Positions 29,277-38,163 of a stretch of DNA of 64,000 nt are shown piece after piece (position 1 is the stretch's first letter; every line of letters begins with the position of its first letter). The notes below the pieces were generated by a model. That model was not told the origin of the DNA. It was given only the letters and a program-made list of their open reading frames with translations, and ran no database searches. A program made the position numbers and the translations under genes. The stretch is taken from assembly GCA_021545585.1 (NCBI GenBank), contig JAJRTF010000109.1, forward strand, positions 2,524 to 66,523, read 5' to 3'. This stretch comes from Zetaproteobacteria bacterium. GTDB lineage: Bacteria > Pseudomonadota > Zetaproteobacteria > Mariprofundales > Mariprofundaceae.

Positions 29277-30194
29277 GTGAGTGACCGCGTTGCGGCGCTT
29301 ATCGTCACTGCGTCTCTGCTTTCAGGGGAAGACGGATTTGTGTTGCACCCGAATCTTGAACCCTGGCACCATCAGCTGATACGCCGCAGGCGAACATGGT
29401 TTCACAATTCGGCCAATGTACCTGTTTCCTGCTATGCCCGATTGCTGGGAGAGAACGAAAGCAGCTTGCTGGCTGCATCTGTCTCCGGGCTTCCCTCTGA
29501 CACTGCGCAGGTCTGGCTGGCCAGCCCTTATCACGCTCAACTGGCGCGGGACACAGTGCGCTTGCTGCCGGAAGGGCAGCTTTCTTTGCATGCGCAGGAT
29601 GCCGAATGGTTATGTGCCGAACTGAATCCGATGCTGAAGGAAGATGGCATGATGTTGATGGCCAGCGGCGCGGCCCTGTTTTTGTGCTGCCGGGAGGCCA
29701 TGGATGCACAGCCGGCCGACTTTGGCAGCATTTCCGGGGCATGTCTGCCCGACCGGCATCCGAAAGGCTCTGACGGCGGGCGACTGATGCGGCTGCTGTC
29801 TGAAATCCAGATGCATCTGCACCGGCATCCGGCGGCCCACCGGCGCGAGCGCGGTGAATGCGATATTCACGGTCTGTGGTTCTGGGCCCCGGCTGAAGTG
29901 GGTGGAGCAGGGCCGGACAAGGCTCTGGCGGTGGCGACACGCAATCCGTGTCTGCAGGCCGTTGTGGATGGTCGTGATGCATGCATGATCATCAGTGAGG
30001 CGGATTGTTTGCCGGAGTTGCTGCATCAGGACGAACGTTTGCCGGAGTATGTGCTGCTTACAGGCACCGCCCATGCCTTGCTGCTCAGTACATCTTTGAT
30101 TCCCCGGATCGGAAAAGCGTCATGGCAGGCAAAGTCGGTGAAAGAGGAAGCGGTGCTTACGGCTTTGCTACAGGGCTGGGCTGATGCTGCCTGA
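29277..30194 (+). CDS. conserved hypothetical protein (possibly RpfE-type / misannotated phosphoglycerate-mutase-like family)
   Basis: 305-aa ORF. Its GTG start abuts the thrC stop and its end overlaps the recJ start by 11 nt. I can name no catalytic motif. The HGLWFW motif near the C-terminal third recalls the N.LWLWG motif of RpfE-type proteins, from memory only. Confidence 0.5.
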   Translation: MSDRVAALIVTASLLSGEDGFVLHPNLEPWHHQLIRRRRTWFHNSANVPVSCYARLLGENESSLLAASVSGLPSDTAQVWLASPYHAQLARDTVRLLPEGQLSLHAQDAEWLCAELNPMLKEDGMMLMASGAALFLCCREAMDAQPADFGSISGACLPDRHPKGSDGGRLMRLLSEIQMHLHRHPAAHRRERGECDIHGLWFWAPAEVGGAGPDKALAVATRNPCLQAVVDGRDACMIISEADCLPELLHQDERLPEYVLLTGTAHALLLSTSLIPRIGKASWQAKSVKEEAVLTALLQGWADAA

Positions 30195-31881
30195 ACAAAC
30201 CACAGTGCGCGGCCTGCGGCTTGCCTGGAACAACGGATCGTTAACGGCCGATGATCCGCTTAAGGCATGGCAGGGACTCCTGTCAGCGCGCGGCCTTGTT
30301 GAGTCTGATGTGTATTTCTCCCCCAAGCTGGCCGATCTGCCCGATCCTTTGGATATGCGGGATATGGCCAGAGCTGCTGATCGTATTGCACTGGCGGTCA
30401 TGCAGCATGAACGCATACATGTATTTGGTGATTTTGACTGTGATGGTGTGTCGGGCACGGCGATTTTAACCGAAGCACTGAAGGCCGCCGGGGCAGAGGT
30501 GAGTTTTTCGATTCCTCACCGTGCTGATGATGGACACGGCATTGGCGAGGAATCCGTGCGTGAGGCGTATGCATCGGGTGTTCGTCTGGGGCTCAGTGTG
30601 GATACAGGCACAAGCTGTTTTGATGCCTGCGATGCGGCACGGGAGCTTGGCTTCGATCTGATTATCAGTGATCATCATTTGCCCGAAAAAGACCTGCCCG
30701 GGGCTTTTGCACTGTTGAATCCGGCGCGAAATGATTGTGGCTTTGCGGATCGAAAACTGTGCGGAACGGGCGTGGCATTCTTTTTACTGATGGCGATCTG
30801 GAAACGGCTGGGGGAGCAGGGGCAGCGCCCCGCATTTGATTTGCGCACCCTGCTGGATCGGGTTGCTGTGGCAACCATTGCCGATGTAATGGATCTGGTC
30901 GGGGTGAATCGGGTGCTGGTGCATCATGGTTTGCAGAGACTCAATACCCGGCCCTCGGTCGGCATGGCGGCCCTGATGCAGGTGGCACGGGTGAAGTCGC
31001 GGGTGACAGCTGAAACGATTGGCTTTTATCTGGCGCCGCGCATCAATGCGGCAGGGCGGATGCATCATGGCGAGGAGGCGTTGCGCCTGCTCTCCAGCCA
31101 TGATGCGGATGAGGCTATGGCCATCGCCATGCAACTGGATGAAACCAATAAACAGCGTCGGCAGGTGGAAGCGGATGTGTTCAGGCAGGCTGAAGCTCGG
31201 CTGAAAGATGCCGAGGTGCTGGCGGTTTATCATCCGGACTGGCATGCGGGCGTGGTGGGTCTGGCAGCGGGGCGCTTGGCCCGTAAACATCGCAGGCCGG
31301 CTGCGGTGGGCTTTGTGACACCCGATGAAAAGATACGGGTATCGCTGCGCGGTATTCCGGGATTTCATATCGGTGACTTGCTGAATCAGTGCGGCGAGTA
31401 TCTGGAAAGCTTTGGCGGCCATGCCGGCGCCGGTGGCGGTACGGTCAGGGCGGGGGTATGGCAGGACTTTGTGCAGGCCTTTGGCAAGGCAATTGCGGTA
31501 CAGAATCAGGGCAAGTCGAATCATGCCACCTGCATGATTGATGGCGTACTGGGCCTGGGGGCCATGCATATCGGTCTGGCGGAACGGTTGCAGCGATTTG
31601 AGCCGGTCGGGCGCGGCAATCCTGCCTGTACATGGTTGCTTCAGGATGTGCATATTACCGAGCGCAGGGATATGAAGGGCGGGGTGGTGCGACTCAGTCT
31701 GAGTGATGGACATCGTTTTGTGTCGGGGATTGTATTTGGCGGTGGAGTATTCAATGGTAGCTTGCAAGTGGGTCAGGTGGTTTCTGTCATCGGACAGTTG
31801 CAGGCGGATGACTGGCGCGGCGCTGGCGCGGTCCAGTTCGTGATTGGCGATGTGTTGATGGACGAGGCGGCTACGGGATGA
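30184..31881 (+). CDS. recJ: single-stranded-DNA-specific exonuclease RecJ
   Basis: DHH-family motifs (GDFDCDGVSG, VDTG, ISDHH) and a DHHA1 GGH motif (FGGHAGAGG). Confidence 0.92.
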   Translation: MLPEQTTVRGLRLAWNNGSLTADDPLKAWQGLLSARGLVESDVYFSPKLADLPDPLDMRDMARAADRIALAVMQHERIHVFGDFDCDGVSGTAILTEALKAAGAEVSFSIPHRADDGHGIGEESVREAYASGVRLGLSVDTGTSCFDACDAARELGFDLIISDHHLPEKDLPGAFALLNPARNDCGFADRKLCGTGVAFFLLMAIWKRLGEQGQRPAFDLRTLLDRVAVATIADVMDLVGVNRVLVHHGLQRLNTRPSVGMAALMQVARVKSRVTAETIGFYLAPRINAAGRMHHGEEALRLLSSHDADEAMAIAMQLDETNKQRRQVEADVFRQAEARLKDAEVLAVYHPDWHAGVVGLAAGRLARKHRRPAAVGFVTPDEKIRVSLRGIPGFHIGDLLNQCGEYLESFGGHAGAGGGTVRAGVWQDFVQAFGKAIAVQNQGKSNHATCMIDGVLGLGAMHIGLAERLQRFEPVGRGNPACTWLLQDVHITERRDMKGGVVRLSLSDGHRFVSGIVFGGGVFNGSLQVGQVVSVIGQLQADDWRGAGAVQFVIGDVLMDEAATG

Positions 31882-31903
31882 GATATGACGGTGATGGTCT
31901 GGC

Positions 31904-32437
31904 ATGATGAGTGATTCACAAACTGTTTATCCGGTTCTTATCGGCTTGATGGGCTCGGGGAAGAGCAGTATTGGCCGCCGTCTGGCCGCACATCTGGGGC
32001 TGCCGCTGGTTGATCTGGATGCAGTGATTGTCGAACAGGCAGGTTGTTCGATTCCGGATATCTTTGCCGGGAAGGGTGAGGAGGGCTTCCGCGATGTGGA
32101 AACCCGCGTGCTGGCCGAGGTGATTGGCGGGGCTGCGGTTCTGGCGACTGGCGGCGGCATCGTGATGCGTGAACAGAACAGGGAGATACTCAAACAGCAT
32201 CCGCCGGTGATCTGGCTGAAGGCCACACCGGAGTTTCTCGCCCGGCGTATTGATGGTGATACGAACCGCCCGTTGATCACAGGCGGCGATACCCTGAATA
32301 CATTGCAGGGGCTGGCCCGTGTCCGCTATCCCCTGTATGAGGCGTGTGCCGATTTCATACTGCCCCGTGGTGATATGACGAAGAGCGAGGCACTGGCGGC
32401 CATCATTGAATTTCTTCAAACATGGCAGAAACGCTAG
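31904..32437 (+). CDS. aroK: shikimate kinase
   Basis: Walker A GLMGSGKSSIGR, the ATGGG shikimate-binding loop, 177 aa. Confidence 0.85.
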   Translation: MMSDSQTVYPVLIGLMGSGKSSIGRRLAAHLGLPLVDLDAVIVEQAGCSIPDIFAGKGEEGFRDVETRVLAEVIGGAAVLATGGGIVMREQNREILKQHPPVIWLKATPEFLARRIDGDTNRPLITGGDTLNTLQGLARVRYPLYEACADFILPRGDMTKSEALAAIIEFLQTWQKR

Positions 32438-32588
32438 GGCCCGCCGGGGGGTATATCTGTATATGGAATTTTTTAATGCCGCTTGTGTTGATTTGGTCGC
32501 ATGAAGCGTTAACTTCCCGGCTTGCTCAGGATGCGCCGATATGGTGAAGATGAATGGTTCTGGTTCTTTGGGCCAATGAGAGGAATAC

Positions 32589-33714
32589 ATGAGTGTTGAA
32601 GATCAGATTGCGGGATTCAGAAGCAGGGCGGAAGATTATTCCGTTCGCCTGAATGCGCTGCGGAGGTCACTTTGACGTTGAGGCCAGGGAAGACGAATTA
32701 CGCGAGCTGAATGCGCGCATTGAGGATCCGACCCTGTGGGATCAGCCCGATGAAGCGCAGGCCCTGATGCAGAATCGCACCCGTGTTGAGCGCGTGTTGA
32801 AGACTTTTTCGGGCGCCACTTCAGCATTGGATGATGCTGTGACCCTGTTTGAGATGGGGGCCGATGAAGGCGATCAGGATTCCCAGCTGGAAGCGGTTGA
32901 GGGGCTGAACGGGGTGCAGGCGGAGATCGAAAGGCTTGAACTTGCCCGGATGCTCGGTGGTGAAACGGATGCCGAGTCCGCCTTTCTGGATATCAATGCC
33001 GGATCAGGCGGTACCGAGGCCCAGGACTGGGCCGAGATGCTGTTGCGTATGTATCTGCGCTGGGCCGAGCGCAAGGGCTTTAAAACCGAGCTGATGGAAT
33101 GCACGGCGGGCGAAGAGGCCGGTATCAAGTCGGCCACGGTGTCGATCAAGGGCGAATATGCATATGGCTTCCTGAAAGCGGAGGTGGGCGTACACCGGCT
33201 GGTACGCAAGTCGCCGTTCGATTCGGGTAATCGTCGCCATACATCCTTTGCATCGGTTTTTGCCTATCCTGATATTGATCGCGAGATTGATATTGAGATT
33301 AACGAAGCGGATGTCCGTACGGACACCTATCGCGCCAGCGGCGCCGGTGGTCAGCATATCAACAAGACCGACTCTGCCGTGCGGCTGACCCATTTGCCGA
33401 CAAATATTGTCGTGCAGTGCCAGAATGACCGCTCCCAGCATAAAAACAGAGCTGCAGCATGGAGTATGCTCAAGGCCCGTTTGTATGAGCATGAGCTTAA
33501 AATTCGCAATGCCGAAAAGCAGGCGATGGAAGATGACAAGACCGATATCGGCTGGGGACATCAGATCCGTTCCTATGTGCTCGATCAGTCGCGCATCAAG
33601 GATCTGCGCACAGGCATGGAAACCGGCAATACCCAGGCCTTTCTGGACGGCGACATTGATGCTTTCATCCATGCCGAACTGATGGGTATCCGCCGCGGCG
33701 AGGGCGGGGAATAG
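32589..33714 (+). CDS. prfB: peptide chain release factor 2, expressed via programmed +1 frameshift
   Basis: Frame 0 runs from ATG 32589 to CTT 32670-32672 and then TGA 32673-32675. The +1 frame from GAC at 32674 continues to 33714. SPF (RKSPFDS) and GGQ (SGAGGQHINK) motifs are present. Confidence 0.92.
32662..32676 (+). promoter_or_regulatory. prfB autoregulatory frameshift cassette (internal SD GGAGG, then CTT TGA C)
   Basis: The sequence is GGAGG TCA CTT TGA C, identical in logic to the E. coli prfB shift site. Confidence 0.88.
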
Positions 33715-33818
33715 TTCGCAGCCTGATCCAGAAAAGTCTTTATTTTTTTACAGATAACGCTAGTGTGCGCAGCCTTTTTTGGGCCGTACATGGTCTGGCA
33801 CTGAACTTGGAGGTTTAG

Positions 33819-34412
33819 ATGATCAAGTTGTATTCCGACGGTCATTGTCCCGATTCGCACCGTACTCGTATTGTTTTGGCTGAGAAAGAGCTGCCGGTTT
33901 CAATGATTGAAGTCGAGAAGGACAATATTCCGGCCGACTTTCTGGAACTCAATCCGTATGGCAAGCTGCCGACGGTGGTGGATCGTGACATCGTCTTTTT
34001 CGAGTCATCGGTGGTCAATGAATACCTCGACGAGCGTTATCCCCATCCGCCTCTGAAGCCCGGTTCACCGGCAGAGCGCGCTCAGATGCGTATGGCGGTA
34101 CTGCAGCTGGAGCGTGAACTCTATACCCTGTTTGCCGATATGCAGAATAGTCGCAAGAAGAAGGATGCGGCCAGGAAGATGGCTACCTATCTGGAATCCC
34201 TGAATACCTATCTGGCCAGACAGGAATATTTTATCGGCGAGCAGTATACACTTGCTGATGTCGCACTGGCGCCAATCCTCTGGCGTTTGTCATCCATGGG
34301 TGTTGATACCTCGAAATGGGGTAACCTTGAAGGCTATATGGATCGCCTGTTTGAGCGACCTGCCTTTCAGCGTTCATTGTCCGAACATGAGCAGATGTTA
34401 CAGGATTTCTGA
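33819..34412 (+). CDS. sspA: stringent starvation protein A (GST-fold RNAP-associated protein)
   Basis: VLAEKELPVSMIEVEKDN, LNPYGKLPTVVDRD and YLDERYPHPPL closely follow the SspA pattern. No sspB follows. Confidence 0.8.
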   Translation: MIKLYSDGHCPDSHRTRIVLAEKELPVSMIEVEKDNIPADFLELNPYGKLPTVVDRDIVFFESSVVNEYLDERYPHPPLKPGSPAERAQMRMAVLQLERELYTLFADMQNSRKKKDAARKMATYLESLNTYLARQEYFIGEQYTLADVALAPILWRLSSMGVDTSKWGNLEGYMDRLFERPAFQRSLSEHEQMLQDF

Positions 34413-34424
34413 TTGAAATAAGCC

Positions 34425-34457
34425 GGCCCCGTAAGCATAATTACGGGGCCTTTTTTT
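34425..34457 (+). terminator. strong intrinsic terminator after sspA
   Basis: GGCCCCGTAA-GCATAA-TTACGGGGCC (10-bp perfect stem) followed by TTTTTTT. Confidence 0.8.
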
Positions 34458-34536
34458 CACCGACTGTATCTATTTTCCTCTATTTCTTGCGCGGGCAGTC
34501 GGCAAGCAGGCAAAACTGACCAGGGGCTTTATCGTT

Positions 34537-35172
34537 ATGATTGAGGTGTTGCACAAAGGCCAGGCAGGCTGGGATGAAGCGACAACCATGGTATCCCGGA
34601 CCTTTGAAAAGGCCTATGGGGCGCATATCAAACATTTCATGCCGCACTTTATCCGAGTTTCCGACAAGAATGATGAACTTAAGGCGCTGCTCGGCTATCG
34701 CGATGCCGGGAATGAAAAGCTGTTTCTTGAGGTTTACCTTGATGAACCTGTCGAGGTCGCGCTATCGCGCTATCTGGGTTATCCGGTTGAGCGTTCCAGT
34801 ATTATAGAGATGGGCAATCTGGCCGAAGTTGAAGCGGGCGATGCGCGCATGGGGATTATTGCCTGCACCGCATTCCTGTACACGGCCGGATACCGCTGGG
34901 TCGTGTTTACCGGCATCACCCGTTTACGCAACGCATTCCGCCGCCTGGGCATCGATACCAAGGAACTGATGGTGGCCGATGAAAGCAGGTTGAGTGATGA
35001 GCAAAGGGCTGACTGGGGAAGTTATTATGACGGCAACCCGGTTGTCTGTTTTGGTGATATCAAGCAGGGCCATGACAATCTGCAGGAGCTGTGGGTCAGC
35101 CTGCGTGATACATGGGCCAGCGCGGTGGAAGAGGGTGAGCGGCAGGCCGGGGTGAAGGAACCATCCGGATGA
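34537..35172 (+). CDS. thermostable-hemolysin-family protein (T_hemolysin, GNAT-like fold; putative acyltransferase)
   Basis: 211 aa. It matches the family pattern I remember from delta-VPH-like proteins: F..AYGA....FMP, LFLE.YLD.P.E, GNLA, W.VFT....LRN.F.RLG, and WGSYY...P.V..GDI. Confidence 0.65.
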   Translation: MIEVLHKGQAGWDEATTMVSRTFEKAYGAHIKHFMPHFIRVSDKNDELKALLGYRDAGNEKLFLEVYLDEPVEVALSRYLGYPVERSSIIEMGNLAEVEAGDARMGIIACTAFLYTAGYRWVVFTGITRLRNAFRRLGIDTKELMVADESRLSDEQRADWGSYYDGNPVVCFGDIKQGHDNLQELWVSLRDTWASAVEEGERQAGVKEPSG

Positions 35173-36695
35173 GCCGGGTTCTCGAAGCGGTTTTTCATGT
35201 TGCCGGAGAACATCCTGAAAGCGTAGCGCTGGAAGCGTTGCACGATGCTGAATCACTGACTTACAGTGAGTTTGCAGCGTCTGTTGAAGAGCTGGCCGCA
35301 CAGCTTAAGGACGCGGGATCCGGTCCTTGTGCATTGCTGGCAGATAATACGCCGGCCTGGGCCGTTGCCGATCTGGCAGCGATTCACGCCCATATCCCCC
35401 TGGTTCCCGTGCCTCATTTTTTCAGCCCTGAGCAGATTCATCACCTGATTCAAAGTTCCGGAGTTACGGCGCTGCTAACCGATCAACCCGATCAGGCGGC
35501 GGTGTTGCTCGATGGGCTGGGTGTTGCCCATGCATCGCCAGTCCTTTATCAGGCCGGCAAACAGTCGTTGTCAGTATTTGTTTTGCAGGGAGAGAAAACC
35601 GCCACCCGGCCACAATTAAAAAACTGTGCCAAACTCACTTATACCTCCGGTTCAACGGGCGATCCGAAGGGCGTGTGCCTGAGGCAGGACGTTATGGAAA
35701 CAGTGGCTGCATCCTTGGCCGCTGCAACAGAGGCAACTGCGGCTGAGCGGCATCTTGCAGCGTTGCCGTATGCGACCTTGCTGGAGAATATCGGCGGCCT
35801 GTACGCGCCATTGCTGGCAGGTGGTACGGTGTGCGCTCCCGGACTGGCGGCAGTGGGGCTGTCAGGCGCATCCGGCCTGGATGTCGGGCAATTTGTTAGT
35901 ATCCTCCAGGAGCGTCGCATCAGCACCTGCATCATGATTCCGCAAATGCTGCACGGGCTTGTTGCCGCGCTTGAGGCAGGCATGCCCAGGCCTGAATCCC
36001 TGCGCTATATCGCTGTGGGCGGGGCGCCGGTTTCCGAATATCTGTTGCAGCGCGCCGACGCACTCAATCTGCCTGTGTTTGAGGGCTATGGCCTGTCCGA
36101 GGCAGCCAGTGTCGTGGCAGTCAACAGGCCGGGGGCATGCAGGGCCGGCAGTGTCGGCAAGCCCTTGCCGCATGTCGAGCTGAGCTTCGCCGAGGATGGC
36201 GAAATACTGGTGCGCGGCAGCCTGTTTTCGGGTTATCTGGGAGATGCCGCGCTGGCCGGGGATGCCTGCTGGCCGACCGGTGATATTGGCAAGCTTGATG
36301 ATGAGGGTTTTCTGCACCTGACCGGGCGTAAAAAACATCTGTTCATCACTGCCTTTGGACGTAATGTTTCACCCGAATGGGTGGAGCGGGAACTGAGCAT
36401 TGAACCGGCCATTGCACAGGCCTGTGTGTTCGGTGAGGCGAGGCCTTTTAATGTAGCTGTCATCCAGCCTCGAGAGGGTGTGGCCGATGAGTCGCCCGAA
36501 GCAGCGGTACAGCAGGCCATTGATATGGCAAACGGGCGATTGCCGGATTATGCGCGCGTATCGCACTGGCTTATGGCCGATGAGCCGTTCAGCGTTGCCA
36601 ATGGTCTGTGGACAGGCACCGGCAGGCCGCGCCGACAGATGATTTATAAAGCCTATGAAACAGGGATTGAAGATCTGTACAAGGAGTTTGCATGA
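35169..36695 (+). CDS. AMP-dependent synthetase/ligase (adenylate-forming enzyme)
   Basis: Motifs TYTSGSTGDPKGV, EGYGLSE, TGDIGKLDDEGFLHLTGRKK. Its start overlaps the upstream stop (ATGA). Confidence 0.88.
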   Translation: MSRVLEAVFHVAGEHPESVALEALHDAESLTYSEFAASVEELAAQLKDAGSGPCALLADNTPAWAVADLAAIHAHIPLVPVPHFFSPEQIHHLIQSSGVTALLTDQPDQAAVLLDGLGVAHASPVLYQAGKQSLSVFVLQGEKTATRPQLKNCAKLTYTSGSTGDPKGVCLRQDVMETVAASLAAATEATAAERHLAALPYATLLENIGGLYAPLLAGGTVCAPGLAAVGLSGASGLDVGQFVSILQERRISTCIMIPQMLHGLVAALEAGMPRPESLRYIAVGGAPVSEYLLQRADALNLPVFEGYGLSEAASVVAVNRPGACRAGSVGKPLPHVELSFAEDGEILVRGSLFSGYLGDAALAGDACWPTGDIGKLDDEGFLHLTGRKKHLFITAFGRNVSPEWVERELSIEPAIAQACVFGEARPFNVAVIQPREGVADESPEAAVQQAIDMANGRLPDYARVSHWLMADEPFSVANGLWTGTGRPRRQMIYKAYETGIEDLYKEFA

Positions 36696-37360
36696 GTTTT
36701 TATGATGAATTACTAGCTGCAACCGAGGAGGAACGAAACGATCTGTTGTCGATTCCATTTATCCAGATGGGTGCGGTGGGGCAGTTATCGCTGGAGAGCT
36801 ACGAGGCTTTTCTGGGCCAGGCCTATCACCATGTGAAGCATACCGTGCCTCTGCTGATGGCCACCGGGGGGCGCTTGCCTGAAGAGAAGGAATGGCTGCG
36901 TGAAGCCATTGGTGAATATATTGAAGAGGAAATGGGCCATCAGGAATGGATATTGAACGATATCGAGGCCTGTGGTGGTGATAAGGAAGCGGTTCGCCAT
37001 GCCACCCCCTCAGCGGCTACGGAACTGATGGTGGCCTATGCCTACGATACCATTCAGCGCTGCAATCCTGTCGGTTTCTTTGGTATGGTACTGGTGCTTG
37101 AGGGTACCAGCGTGTCACTGGCGACCCAGGCGGCCGATCATATCCGGCAGGCGCTGGATTTGCCCAAAAAGGCTTTTTCCTATCTGACTTCGCATGGTTC
37201 GCTGGATGTCGGGCATGTTGATTTCTATGAAAAGCTGATGAATCGTCTGGAAAAGGATGAGGATAAGCAGGCCGTGATCCATGGTGCCAGGATGTTCTAC
37301 AAGCTGTATGGCGATATCTTCCGCAGCTTGCCATTGATTGCCATCAAGCAGGAGTCCTGA
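36692..37360 (+). CDS. heme-oxygenase-like di-iron enzyme (TenA / Haem_oxygenas_2 iron-containing redox enzyme family)
   Basis: 222 aa and all-helical. Candidate carboxylate/His ligands are spaced as in HDOs (YHHVKH, EYIEEEMGHQEW, LVLEGTS, SHGSLDVGHVDF). Its start overlaps the upstream stop (ATGA). Confidence 0.65.
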   Translation: MSFYDELLAATEEERNDLLSIPFIQMGAVGQLSLESYEAFLGQAYHHVKHTVPLLMATGGRLPEEKEWLREAIGEYIEEEMGHQEWILNDIEACGGDKEAVRHATPSAATELMVAYAYDTIQRCNPVGFFGMVLVLEGTSVSLATQAADHIRQALDLPKKAFSYLTSHGSLDVGHVDFYEKLMNRLEKDEDKQAVIHGARMFYKLYGDIFRSLPLIAIKQES

Positions 37361-38152
37361 ATGAAAATGAACGACAAACATATCATTCTGACCGGCGCCG
37401 CTGGCGGCATGGGTCGGATACTGGCTGCCAGCCTGCATGAACGCGGTGCCAGGTTGTCACTGGTGGATGCAAATGCAGGGGTATTGAACGAGGTGGCCGG
37501 GGAACTGGCGGGAGCGCATGCCATTGTCGGTGATCTGTCCACAGCCGGGGGATGTGCCGAGATTGCCGCAGCTGCACAGACAGGCCATGGTCCGGTGGAT
37601 GTATTGATCAATCTGGCCGGCATGATGAGCTTCCGCTGCTATGAGGATGAAGACCCGGCCATGATTGAGCGCATTGTGCAGGTCAACCTGCTCGGAGCCA
37701 TGCAATTGAGCCGCGCTGTATTGCCGGAGATGGTAGAGCGCAACAGCGGGCGTATTATCAATGTCGGTTCGGTATTCGGCTCGATTGCCTTCGCCTATTT
37801 TACCGCTTATTCGGCCAGCAAATTCGGCCTGCGCGGTTTTTCCGAGGGCCTGCGCCGGGAACTTTACGATACCGATATCCGTGTCATGTATGTGGCGCCG
37901 AGAGCGGTGAAAACCCCGTTGAATACCGGCCGTATCATGCGCATGGGCGCTGCAACCAAGATGAATATGGACGATCCGGAACTGGTGGTGAAGAAGATCA
38001 TGCAGGCCATCGATAATGATCGAAAGGAAGTATATATTGGCTTCCCGGAATCGTTTTTTGTCGGCATCAATGTTCGCTTTCCGAGGCTTGTGGACAAGGC
38101 GCTGGCTGCCCAGAATCGCATTGCCCGTAAATTTGCCAAAGAAGAAGATTAA
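37361..38152 (+). CDS. short-chain dehydrogenase/reductase (SDR)
   Basis: TGAAGGMG, NLAG, S...YSASK catalytic triad. The ATG directly abuts the upstream TGA. Confidence 0.88.
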   Translation: MKMNDKHIILTGAAGGMGRILAASLHERGARLSLVDANAGVLNEVAGELAGAHAIVGDLSTAGGCAEIAAAAQTGHGPVDVLINLAGMMSFRCYEDEDPAMIERIVQVNLLGAMQLSRAVLPEMVERNSGRIINVGSVFGSIAFAYFTAYSASKFGLRGFSEGLRRELYDTDIRVMYVAPRAVKTPLNTGRIMRMGAATKMNMDDPELVVKKIMQAIDNDRKEVYIGFPESFFVGINVRFPRLVDKALAAQNRIARKFAKEED

Positions 38153-38163
38153 GGAGGATGAAT

